A stretch of 64,000 bases of DNA from a plasmid, in sequence record NZ_CP137560.1; one strand, 5' to 3'. Of the stretch, positions 28,136 through 37,675 are shown piece by piece. The notes under the pieces were generated by a model. The model searched no databases. It saw only the letters and a list, made by a program, of their open reading frames with translations, and had not been told where the DNA came from. The position numbers and the translations under genes were made by a program. Each line of letters starts with the position of its first letter. The first letter of the stretch is position 1.

Positions 28136-29254
28136 TTATTCTTCCTCCATTTTATTTTCTATTTCTTCTATCTGTGGCAAAGCCGAAGCGACATCAGCAA
28201 AGAGTTTTTCTGTTTCGTATTGTGCAATGCCCATTGGTTGAGTAATGCCACGAAGCGAGAACTCTGCTTTCTTGTTGCTCTTAGTACGGCAGAGAAGCAA
28301 GCCAATGGTAGGCTTGTCTTCAGGTGACTTTACCATGTCGTCAACAGCAGAAATATAGAAGTTCAGTTTGCTAACGAACTCAGGTTTGAACTCCACGGCT
28401 TTTAACTCCACAACAACATAGCAATGCAGTTTGAGATGGTACATCAGCAAGTCGATATAGTAGTCATCACCATCTACCGAAATGTGGTATTGCCTGCCAA
28501 TGTATGCAAAGCCACGTCCCATTTCAAGGAGAAAGTCTGTAATCTTGCTTGTCAATGTTTTCTCAATGTCAAGCTCATTTTGGAGTGCCACTGTACCCAA
28601 AAAACTAAAATTGTATGGGTCTTTAAAAATATACTTCGCCAAATCGGACTGAAGAGGTGGCAAGGTTTGCTCAAAGTTATTGATTGCATGCCCTTTAGCA
28701 TGGATATATCCATTTGCTATCTGCATAAGCATCACATCACGACTCCACCCATTCTGCGCAGTTTCTGTAATGTAATAAGCTCGTTCGGCAATGTCTTTTA
28801 CTTTCGATAGAAGCGAAATGTGATGATACCAAGTAATTTGTGCAAGTGGAACTTGCACAAAGCCTTTGTCATCTTCTTTAAATTGGTCAAGTACCACTTG
28901 ACCAATTGGAATATTTTCCATTTTTGCAAGCGGCACTTGCAAAAATGGAAAATCTGGATACGCTTCAGCGAAACGTCTCATACTTTTGAGATTACTCAAA
29001 GAGTATCCTCTATCATTAGGGAACTTTTGGGATAAATCAACAGATAATTTTGATATGATATTTGCTCCCCAGCCTAATTGTCTCTGCTGTGCTAAAATTC
29101 GTTTGCCCAAAGTCCAATATAACGCCAATGTGTCAGCATTGACATTAATTGCGGTACGTAGTTTTGCTACCTCTATAAGATGCTCTATGTCTTTGCGCCA
29201 TTCTGCATAACCATCAGGCAGCAAATCGGTATTTGCGTTAATAATTTCATTCAT
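28136..29254 (-). CDS. DUF1016 (YhcG-like) PD-(D/E)xK nuclease-fold protein
   Basis: N-terminal LYWTLGKRILAQQRQLGWGANIISKLSVDLSQKFPNDRGYSLSNLKSMRRF (DUF1016_N pattern). C-terminal D...HCYVVVELK is a PD-(D/E)xK motif. Confidence 0.65.
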   Translation of the reverse strand: MNEIINANTDLLPDGYAEWRKDIEHLIEVAKLRTAINVNADTLALYWTLGKRILAQQRQLGWGANIISKLSVDLSQKFPNDRGYSLSNLKSMRRFAEAYPDFPFLQVPLAKMENIPIGQVVLDQFKEDDKGFVQVPLAQITWYHHISLLSKVKDIAERAYYITETAQNGWSRDVMLMQIANGYIHAKGHAINNFEQTLPPLQSDLAKYIFKDPYNFSFLGTVALQNELDIEKTLTSKITDFLLEMGRGFAYIGRQYHISVDGDDYYIDLLMYHLKLHCYVVVELKAVEFKPEFVSKLNFYISAVDDMVKSPEDKPTIGLLLCRTKSNKKAEFSLRGITQPMGIAQYETEKLFADVASALPQIEEIENKMEEE

Positions 29255-29258
29255 GCCT

Positions 29259-29459
29259 TTATTCCTTTCCTACATTTCTATTAAAGCTAAGACTTCCGAG
29301 TTGCTTCATTATCTCATCTTCCAAACGATGACTTTCAGCGAATTGTTGTGCAAGCGTAGTTCTATAATCATTCATTCGCTTACTTTCAGCCACCATTTCC
29401 CCATGGTTGTTTGGCTTTTTTACCTCCACGAAGCAAAGAGGTAAACCATTGACAAACAA
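29259..29459 (-). pseudogene. N-terminal fragment of a type I (or III) restriction enzyme R subunit
   Basis: VNGLPLCFVEVKKP matches the conserved HsdR/Res N-terminal VNGLPLvviElKkp motif. Only 66 aa remain. Confidence 0.5.
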
Positions 29460-29676
29460 AGTGATGTCTGGGCGGAATTCATCTTGACCATTCTTGCAAG
29501 TGAACTCAGCCGTAAAATGAAAAATGTTGGTTTAAATCTTTCATAACATTCAATTTGTTGCTTTAAATGCAAATATAGTGATTTCTTTTTATAAATATAT
29601 GTCAACAGATTAATCTTTAACAAGATATAACAAAGAAAGGATAGCCCGTGAAAGGGCTATCGATCTACACCATTTA

Positions 29677-30720
29677 TTATTTCACATCCGGATATATCGC
29701 AACTTTAATGACTCCATCCTTTCTGTTTTCAAAGATATCGTAGGCTTCTTCGATTTTTGAAAGAGGGAAACGGTGGGTAATGAGAGGAGTGGTGTCTATC
29801 CTGCCCTGAGATATCAGATGCAGGATTTCCTCGCAGTCGCAACCATCTACACCGCCTGTCTTGAAGATGAGATTTTTGCCATACATATCTGGGAGAGGTA
29901 AGAGCTGAGGTTTATCGTACATCGCCACAATGGTAACTATCGCATTAGGACGGGCACATTGCCATGCCAACTGGAAAGTATCAGGACCGCCTGCTACCTC
30001 CATCACCACATCCGCACCACCGTGCAAACTCTGTTCCTTGACAAAAGCCTCGCAATCCTCTGGTTCTACCACCAAAACCTGCGGATAATGCTCCTTGATA
30101 AAAGCTCTTCTGGCTTCTGACTTCTCGCAAACGATGATTTTCTGCGGATTCTTCAACAACGTGCAAAGCAAACAGCACACTCCCGTAGGTCCTGCTCCGA
30201 TAATCAAAACTGTATCTTCTTCCTTGATTTCAGAAATCCTTGTTGCCCAGAAACCCGTGGCAAGAATATCTCCAACAAAGAGTGCCTGCTCATCACTTAC
30301 ATTGTCAGGAATCCTATTTAAGCCCGTAGTGGCATAAGGAACCCTTACATATTCGGTCTGCCCGCCATCAATACGACAGCCCAAAGCCCAACCGCCATGA
30401 GGAGAAGTACAGTTGTTCACATATCCATGTTGGCAGTAGAAGCATTCCCCGCAGTATGTTTCCACATTCACGGTTACTCTATCGCCTGGTTTCACATGGG
30501 TAACCTTCTCCCCTACTTCTTCTACGATACCCACCATTTCATGTCCCACAGTAATTCCGGGAATGGCACGAGGAACAGAACCGTGCTTGATATGCAGGTC
30601 GCTGGTACAGATACTGCTCATGGTAACTCTCACGATGGCATCGTGTTCATCTATCAGGATTGGTTTCTCCTTTTCGGTGAACCCAAATACACCTTGTTTT
30701 AATATATGTAAATGCTTTCA
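29677..30720 (-). pseudogene. Zn-dependent alcohol dehydrogenase (MDR family), copy 1, N-terminally frameshifted
   Basis: ~98% nt identity to copy 2 over ~1.05 kb. A 1-nt insertion in an A-run (attaaaacaagg vs attaaacaagg) truncates the reading frame from the ATG at 30720 after 24 codons. The in-frame remainder starts only at GTG 30633. Confidence 0.6.
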
Positions 30721-30740
30721 TTATGACTGTAAGTTGATAA
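29685..30740. repeat. direct repeat copy 1 (~1.05 kb, ~98% identical to 34672-35725)
   Basis: Collinear near-identity to copy 2, with a handful of SNPs and one 1-nt indel. Confidence 0.7.
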
Positions 30741-30880
30741 TTGTTTTTATCTTTGTTTATCGGACTATTTTTCTTTTTGTTATCTGGCCGTTTTGTCAGA
30801 TTGTCGAAATATTCATTTCTATTTTTTTGCGGAAATATACAAAAAATATTCGGAACCAAGTATCAAACGTTTACCCAAAA
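30718..30880 (-). promoter_or_regulatory. promoter/5' leader block (copy B)
   Basis: attcatttctatttttttgcggaaatatacaaaaaatattcgg is homologous to copies A and C. Confidence 0.45.
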
Positions 30881-31008
30881 GCAACATGCTCAATCGTTTG
30901 CACAAAAAAAAACAGATAAATGGCTGATATTCAGGATAACGACTTTAAATTTTAGATAACTTTGCAACCGAAAAAGATGAATAATAAACAATTTAAAGAT
31001 TATAAAAG

Positions 31009-34000
31009 ATGATAAAAATTAATGATTCCAAACATTTAAAAGCACTACTAGCGATATGCTTCCTGCTTTTACTCCCTTTACAACTTTTTGCAAAGGATAT
31101 CACGGTTTATTTCCGTGATGTAAATAATGAAAAACTTTCCTTGTACATCTGGTGGTACGGTGATAATAATAAAGAAGAACATCCAGTTGGAGATTGGGAT
31201 GCGGCATACAATCACCACTATGATACCAAAACAATAGGTGGTAAAGAATGGAAATACTGCACCGTTACCATTGATGACAATAAGACAATGAATGTAATTA
31301 TCCGAAAGGAAGGAGTAGCTCAAGGAAAAACACAAACTGTTGATATCACTGGTATAGACAAGGATACGTATTTGGAAACAAATGGTCATTTTCCAACTCC
31401 ATGGTCCGGAACCTATGTACAGCAGCTGGAAGATAGTAAGACTGAAGATAGGCATAAAGAAATCATGATTTTCAACGAACTGACTCGCTCTGAAGCAGAA
31501 GGCAAGACCATCAACTACGAGGTGCGCATGAAGGCAGGTAATACTACCAAGAAGTTCTATATGACCAATGTGAGAAATCAAGAACCAGGTATCCACTCTA
31601 TCAGTTCCAGTCTCTTTATGGTAGGTATCGCAGACAAGGATTTGCCAGGCGAAAACGGTAATCAAGTTGAATTCTATGTAGCAGGATCTGATGACGGACA
31701 GAAATATGACGATGGTACAACCATTACCAATGTATTCAGACCATGGGATAATAATTTTGATTTTACACAGCAGAAAGATCAAAATGGCAAGATTAAGCCC
31801 TATGCAGATTATTACAATTGCAAAAATGAAAGCGACAATACCAATACTTTCAAAATCACTAAAGGTTCAGGTGTGTCATATACCATTTGCCTGAATAACA
31901 GCAATTGGACAAAATCAGATTTTGAAACCAATAGTATAGGAGGAAATTCTAACCAATATAATACAAATAAACCAGTCGGTGATGACGATCATACTCGCTA
32001 TGGAATCCGTAGTGTCAATGTTTATACCAACAAGGGTTTGACAGAAGATACAAAAGGCTATACGCTGATAGGTAACTTCTTGAAAACCAATGACCCTAAC
32101 ACGGATAACCAGGGCTTAGATATTGATGATAATTGGGCGCCTGATAATTCAGAGCGACAATACAAAATGGAAAGGGCAGAAAAGTTTGACAGTTCTGTAG
32201 GTGATCCTGGTGACATTGTCTATGAACGCATACTCAACAAGCCAGCCAACGAAAGCAATACTATGTTTTTTAATATCTGTCCTACCTCATTGCTGGAAGA
32301 AACAAGTAAAAATTGGGGAGGCTCTGAAAACTGGGATGGTACTGAAGCAAATAAAGACAAAATTATAAATGATAAGTGGAACTATATTATTCGCCCACAG
32401 ATACAGGCAGGAAAAGATGCCATCTCATTGCAAGGATGCGTAGAAATAACCCCGACCGACGTGTATAAAATCAAGAATGACAAAGGTGAGGAAATAGAAA
32501 CCTGCATCATGAACCGCAGCCAGGCATTCAATGCCAACATGGATGATAACAACTATTCTCAGTTCACTGTCTATCTCAATGTCACTAAATCTATGTACAC
32601 TATTGTTCCAATGGAATCCATCGACCTGATAGGAAATGCCGTCGGCATCATCAACCGTGGTACGGGAGAGTGGCAGCAGGGACAATGGGAAAACGGTGAG
32701 CGCCAGTATCATTATGTGAGAATGGCAAGAAATGCTAAGCTTGACAAGACAACTTACAAAGATACAGACAGCGAGCAGACCACAAAATGCTGGGAATATA
32801 CAGGTAAGTTCTATCACTATGATGTGGCAGGAGGTCGCGGCGGAGACAATGCAAGTAATGGTTTCCGATTCCTCACCAACCAGACTTATGTACGTAACTA
32901 TATAGAGGATGCTTATCGCCCAGAGCATTTCACGGAAGAACAAAAGACGAACAGTGATTATCAAGAGAAGCTGGCAGTCAACAACCCTTATTGGAATGAG
33001 GTAATGCTTGACCCTTACAATGGCACAGACATGAACAATCCTATCACCCCATATAATCCAACCGGAAGCCCGATCTATGGAAGTCTTGGCAATGAGCGTG
33101 ATGAAGGATTGCACATTGGTTTCGTACTGCCAGAGGATATTTATACCATGCGTTTCTGGCAGACTACCGACAAAGACGGTAAGGTTGTGAAGGCTTGGTA
33201 CACATTGGGCGAGAGCGTGACACCTCCTGATCCATTACCAGCAAACACGGAAGTATATGATAACTTGAACTGTATCCGCACATTCAGTTCATCTGTGGCT
33301 TATCAGAAACCAGAAAAGATGAAAGTCTTCATCGTGGACCAATATAAAAATGGTCAGGCACACCTGAAGGAAATCAATTACATTCCTGCCAATACAGGAG
33401 TAATCTTAGCTTACAACAAAGCTGATGCTAAATATATGAAGAAGGATTCTGCGAACTTGGTATTTGTAGGCGATGCAGATAAAGAAGACCAACAGTATAT
33501 CTTCGAGAAATTCCCTTCCATCAACTTTGTGGAGAAGCAGAATGCAGGCGAGGATATCGGTCAGAACTATCTGATGCCATCAGTTGCTTCGAAAGAAGTA
33601 AAAACAACAGAATACAAAGAAGAAAACACGAAGGAAATTGCTTATCGCAACTATATGTTTACCGCCTACAAGAAGAAGGGTAAAGAAAATTACACCTTAT
33701 GTTTCAAGCGTGTGATCACAGGTAAGACATCGAAGAATAGTGCTTATCTCCGCTTGCCAGCAGATTTGTGTGGTGGCACAAAGGTAACAACCAACGATGA
33801 GAAGATTATCGGATCGTCAGCCCAGTTCCCTGAATATACTCCAAGTGCCAGCAAGGAGTGTTTCGCCAGCATCTTATGGGGAGATACTGAAGCTACAGGC
33901 ATCCAAAATGTGAATACAAATAATGCCACAACAACTTCTACAGTGGCTGACATTTATTTCACTCTTCAGGGTGTAAAGATTAATAAGCCATCAGCTCCTG

Positions 34001-34041
34001 GCATTTATATTAAGAATGGCAAGAAAGTAATGGTTAGATAA
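31009..34041 (+). CDS. large Asn/Asp/Lys/Thr-rich secreted protein with T9SS C-terminal sorting domain; function unknown
   Basis: Signal peptide MIKINDSKHLKALLAICFLLLLPLQLFA. C-terminal ...IYFTLQGVKINKPSAPGIYIKNGKKVMVR is a T9SS CTD. Own TAACTTTG -7 box at ~30952. Confidence 0.6.
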   Translation: MIKINDSKHLKALLAICFLLLLPLQLFAKDITVYFRDVNNEKLSLYIWWYGDNNKEEHPVGDWDAAYNHHYDTKTIGGKEWKYCTVTIDDNKTMNVIIRKEGVAQGKTQTVDITGIDKDTYLETNGHFPTPWSGTYVQQLEDSKTEDRHKEIMIFNELTRSEAEGKTINYEVRMKAGNTTKKFYMTNVRNQEPGIHSISSSLFMVGIADKDLPGENGNQVEFYVAGSDDGQKYDDGTTITNVFRPWDNNFDFTQQKDQNGKIKPYADYYNCKNESDNTNTFKITKGSGVSYTICLNNSNWTKSDFETNSIGGNSNQYNTNKPVGDDDHTRYGIRSVNVYTNKGLTEDTKGYTLIGNFLKTNDPNTDNQGLDIDDNWAPDNSERQYKMERAEKFDSSVGDPGDIVYERILNKPANESNTMFFNICPTSLLEETSKNWGGSENWDGTEANKDKIINDKWNYIIRPQIQAGKDAISLQGCVEITPTDVYKIKNDKGEEIETCIMNRSQAFNANMDDNNYSQFTVYLNVTKSMYTIVPMESIDLIGNAVGIINRGTGEWQQGQWENGERQYHYVRMARNAKLDKTTYKDTDSEQTTKCWEYTGKFYHYDVAGGRGGDNASNGFRFLTNQTYVRNYIEDAYRPEHFTEEQKTNSDYQEKLAVNNPYWNEVMLDPYNGTDMNNPITPYNPTGSPIYGSLGNERDEGLHIGFVLPEDIYTMRFWQTTDKDGKVVKAWYTLGESVTPPDPLPANTEVYDNLNCIRTFSSSVAYQKPEKMKVFIVDQYKNGQAHLKEINYIPANTGVILAYNKADAKYMKKDSANLVFVGDADKEDQQYIFEKFPSINFVEKQNAGEDIGQNYLMPSVASKEVKTTEYKEENTKEIAYRNYMFTAYKKKGKENYTLCFKRVITGKTSKNSAYLRLPADLCGGTKVTTNDEKIIGSSAQFPEYTPSASKECFASILWGDTEATGIQNVNTNNATTTSTVADIYFTLQGVKINKPSAPGIYIKNGKKVMVR

Positions 34042-34506
34042 AAAATCAAATATAAAGAAATTATGAGAAAAATATATCAGATGCCGAAGGTTAGAATCAT
34101 CACCCTACCGACCATAGAAAATTTAATGGCCGGTTCTAATGAACCGGGTGTCGTTTCTTCTGAGCAAGGTAAAGGAGAAACCACAGGCGGGGATAGTTAT
34201 ATCGTCTTAGGTAAGCAATACAATGCTTGGAAAACATGGGATGAAGAAGAATGAAAAAGTACTTTGCTTTTTTACTCGCAGCCATAAGCATGATGCCTGT
34301 AGCTGCTAAGAAACAACCCCAACCGATGGGCGTATGATGCCATCGTATATTGGAATGCTTCACCTGAATATCTCGCCCAATGCCAGCCTTCGCTGCGACG
34401 TACTCCACTTTGATGCGAATGGAGCACTGGAGTTGGGCAACAAGATGTTCCAATTCATAGAGAAAAAGAAATTTTAGAAACCATAAGCAATTGCTTATCA
34501 TATTAA

Positions 34507-34543
34507 AAAAGGTTTCGTTCCGTAGTATGGAACGAAACCTTTT
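34507..34543. terminator. hairpin terminator
   Basis: AAAAGGTTTCGTTCC gtagtat GGAACGAAACCTTTT, a perfect 15-bp stem. Confidence 0.5.
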
Positions 34544-34662
34544 ATTAGTTATAAATACATTTACCTATATAAGATACTTATTCTATAGCTTATCTTTTGT
34601 AATAATCATAGAGGAAAGCGTCAAGAAGAGTCCATGACGAAGAGTCTCTTCTTCCCTTTTTT

Positions 34663-35706
34663 TTATTTCTCATCCGGATATATCGCAACTTTAATAACTC
34701 CATCTTTTCTGTTTTCAAAGATATCGTAGGCTTCTTCGATTTTTGAAAGAGGGAAACGGTGGGTGATGAGAGGAGTGGTGTCTATCCTGCCCTGAGATAT
34801 CAGATGCAGGATTTCCTCGCAGTCGCAACCATCTACACCACCAGTCTTGAAGATGAGATTTTTGCCATACATATCTGGGAGAGGTAAGAGCTGAGGTTTA
34901 TCGTACATCGCCACAATGGTAACTATCGCATTAGGACGGGCACATTGCCATGCCAACTGGAAAGTATCAGGACCGCCTGCTACCTCCATCACCACATCCG
35001 CACCACCGTGCAAACTCTGTTCCTTGACAAAAGCCTCGCAATCCTCTGGTTCTACCACCAAAACCTGCGGATAATGCTCCTTGATAAAAGCTCTTCTGGC
35101 TTCTGACTTCTCGCAAACGATGATTTTCTGCGGATTCTTCAACAACGTGCAAAGCAAACAGCACACTCCCGTAGGTCCTGCTCCGATAATCAAAACTGTA
35201 TCTTCTTCCTTGATTTCAGAAATCCTTGTTGCCCAGAAACCTGTGGCAAGGATATCACCAACAAAGAGTGCCTGCTCATCACTTACATTGTCAGGAATCC
35301 TGTTTAAGCCCGTGGTGGCATAAGGAACCCTTACATATTCGGTCTGCCCGCCATCGATACGACAGCCCAAAGCCCAACCGCCATGAGGAGAAGTACAATT
35401 GTTCACATATCCATGTTGGCAGTAGAAGCATTCCCCGCAGTATGTTTCCACATTCACAGTTACTCTATCGCCCGGTTTCACATGAGTTACTTTCTCCCCT
35501 ACTTCATCTACGACACCCACCATTTCATGTCCCACAGTAATTCCGGGAACGGCACGAGGAACAGAACCATGCTTGATATGCAGATCGCTGGTACAGATAC
35601 TGCTCATGGTTACTCTCACGATGGCATCGTGTTCATCTATCAGGATAGGTTTCTCCTTTTCGGTGAAGCCAAATACACCTTGTTTAATATAAGTAAATGC
35701 TTTCAT
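34663..35706 (-). CDS. Zn-dependent alcohol dehydrogenase (MDR family; threonine/sorbitol dehydrogenase-like), copy 2, intact
   Basis: 347 aa. Catalytic Zn ligands (CTSDLH), structural Zn site ETYCGECFYCQHGYVNNC, and NAD-binding IIGAGPTG. Confidence 0.8.
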   Translation of the reverse strand: MKAFTYIKQGVFGFTEKEKPILIDEHDAIVRVTMSSICTSDLHIKHGSVPRAVPGITVGHEMVGVVDEVGEKVTHVKPGDRVTVNVETYCGECFYCQHGYVNNCTSPHGGWALGCRIDGGQTEYVRVPYATTGLNRIPDNVSDEQALFVGDILATGFWATRISEIKEEDTVLIIGAGPTGVCCLLCTLLKNPQKIIVCEKSEARRAFIKEHYPQVLVVEPEDCEAFVKEQSLHGGADVVMEVAGGPDTFQLAWQCARPNAIVTIVAMYDKPQLLPLPDMYGKNLIFKTGGVDGCDCEEILHLISQGRIDTTPLITHRFPLSKIEEAYDIFENRKDGVIKVAIYPDEK

Positions 35707-35725
35707 TATGATGATAAGTTGAAAA
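34672..35725. repeat. direct repeat copy 2
   Basis: See copy 1. Confidence 0.7.
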
Positions 35726-35830
35726 TTGTCAAAATCTGATTGTCCTGTGAAGTGATAGAAACATTCATTTCAATTTTGTGCAAATATACAAAAAATATTC
35801 GTAATTGGCTCATTTTGGACAAAATTCCAT
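35704..35830 (-). promoter_or_regulatory. promoter/5' leader block (copy C)
   Basis: Reverse strand TTTTTTGTATATTTGCACAAAATTG (TAnnTTTG). Homologous to copies A and B. Confidence 0.45.
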
Positions 35831-36028
35831 GATAAAGAATTTTAAAACTGCAGATTTTCTGCTCATAAAAGCCGAATTTTTATCCTTAGATGAAAATGAT
35901 GCACAGTACAGACTGGCGAAAGAAGATAAAAAGAAATTATGGAAACGATAAGTGATTGTTTATCATACCTAAAAAGAAAGTTCCGCTCCGAAGTACGGAG
36001 CAAAACTTTCTCTTAGTTATGAATATCT

Positions 36029-37216
36029 TTAATTTCCATCTGGTTTGGTAACATCCAGGTCTGTGGATGGATACCAAAGGAACTTGTTGAAGTCGTCAGG
36101 CTGGGCTGGATTGAAATCCTGCCAGTCTGGACGGAGATATTTCAGGAATGGCAGATGGAGCTGCTTCATTCCCATCACCACCATCTTGGCCACCTCATAG
36201 GCTCCGTATGGATTGAAGTGGGTATTATCCTCTAATGCCTTCGGCTGATTAGGATAAGTGTTGGCTGGATAGTGAACCAGCGATTTCTTACTGTTCTCAT
36301 AGCCCAATGTCTCGAAGAAAGTACGGGTCATATCATGCAGTTCGATGACAGGCACACCCTCTCTTTTGGCCACAGCTCTCATGGCATCAGGATAATCGCC
36401 ATGCGTTTCCTGTATTTTGCTGCGGGTAGCTTTGTCAAAGAAACGGCGCTGGGTAGGAGTCACAAAGATGATGTTTCCACCCTTAGCGCGTACCTTATCT
36501 ATATACTGCTTCAGATTGTAGGAGAAATTATACCAGGCTCCACTTCCTGGAGTCTTCTCTTTCTGGTCGTTGTGTCCGAACTCACAAATCACATAGTCAC
36601 CCTTCTTCATCATGGCCAATACTTTCTCCAGACGGTTGGAAGCTAAGAAGGATCCGGCTGTCAATCCGCTCTCTGCATGATTGGAAATAGCTACTTCCGG
36701 ACCAAACCAGCGTGGAATCATCTGCCCCCAACTGGCGTATGGTTCATGAGCCTGATCCACTACGGTTGAGTTACCACAGAGGAAGATGGTTGTGGCAGTC
36801 GTGTCACGCTCTATCTTCACCTGTTTTACAGCAGGAGCAGCACCATAGAAGTCAAGAGTCAACTTGTCATCCCAGTCAGGTGTGCCCTTCTCACGAGGTT
36901 TGATACGTACGTTCATCTTATCAGAAATCTTTGGTGAACGCTTGTTGACGATAAACTGGACAGTCTGGAATTTACCCTTCTTGGTAGAGATTTCATCCAC
37001 CATGAGTCTTCTGGCTTCAGCACGCACCACCGTCTTGGCAGCCTTTTTCTTGGAGCCGAGGACAACCGTCACCTTGTAGTTGCCATCAGGCACTTCCACT
37101 GCGTAACTTTTAGGATTTTGCTTACTCAGATCTACATCGAAAGTCTGGGCTTTCACATTTGCGGACATCGCCAGCATCATCATACCAGCGAGTAGCCATT
37201 TCGTTTGTTTCTTCAT
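36029..37216 (-). CDS. rhamnogalacturonan acetylesterase (CE12, SGNH hydrolase), secreted
   Basis: Signal peptide. FLCGNSTV (GDS(L)-type nucleophile block), GHNDQ block II, 395 aa. Confidence 0.7.
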   Translation of the reverse strand: MKKQTKWLLAGMMMLAMSANVKAQTFDVDLSKQNPKSYAVEVPDGNYKVTVVLGSKKKAAKTVVRAEARRLMVDEISTKKGKFQTVQFIVNKRSPKISDKMNVRIKPREKGTPDWDDKLTLDFYGAAPAVKQVKIERDTTATTIFLCGNSTVVDQAHEPYASWGQMIPRWFGPEVAISNHAESGLTAGSFLASNRLEKVLAMMKKGDYVICEFGHNDQKEKTPGSGAWYNFSYNLKQYIDKVRAKGGNIIFVTPTQRRFFDKATRSKIQETHGDYPDAMRAVAKREGVPVIELHDMTRTFFETLGYENSKKSLVHYPANTYPNQPKALEDNTHFNPYGAYEVAKMVVMGMKQLHLPFLKYLRPDWQDFNPAQPDDFNKFLWYPSTDLDVTKPDGN

Positions 37217-37319
37217 TATATGTTTTAGTTATTTGTTAATTTGGCTACAAAAATACAATATCTTTTTCAAAAACATTAGTTTTTCCGTTCATTTTTTGAT
37301 TATATAGTACAAAAAGCAA

Positions 37320-37352
37320 TTGAGGGTGTGTCATGAATTTATGGCGCACCCT
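37320..37352. repeat. 31-bp palindromic element copy 1 (GAGGGTGTGTCATGAATTTATGGCGCACCCT)
   Basis: Identical 31-mer recurs at 47531-47564. Arms GAGGGTG/CACCCTC, followed by a T-run. Confidence 0.55.
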
Positions 37353-37675
37353 TTTTTTTATTTTACCAGGTTCTCACTATCACAAACCTGACAAGAATAA
37401 GACTTTAGGCATGCTGACACAATAATAAATCAATCTTTTTGAAAAGCACAAAACAAGTATTAAACGAATATAGCATAAAGAAATTAATTGGTTATCAAAC
37501 CAAATTTAAAAGTAAGAAATCTATTTTTTTAAGCTTATCTCCGTTTAATTCTGTAGAATATTACCTCATTTATGGTAAAATATTCATTAAATATATATTT
37601 AATTTCTAAAAAAGTGTTATCTTTGCAAAGAAATATAATATTAATACGAGAATACTCAATTTAGATTGTAACTTT

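Noticed and set aside
29677-30633. ORF-track start (MRVTMSS) for ADH copy 1
   Set aside because: The nucleotide is GTG, not ATG, and the position is internal to the ADH fold (it corresponds to residue ~30 of copy 2). The gene is better explained as a frameshifted copy starting at the ATG at 30720.
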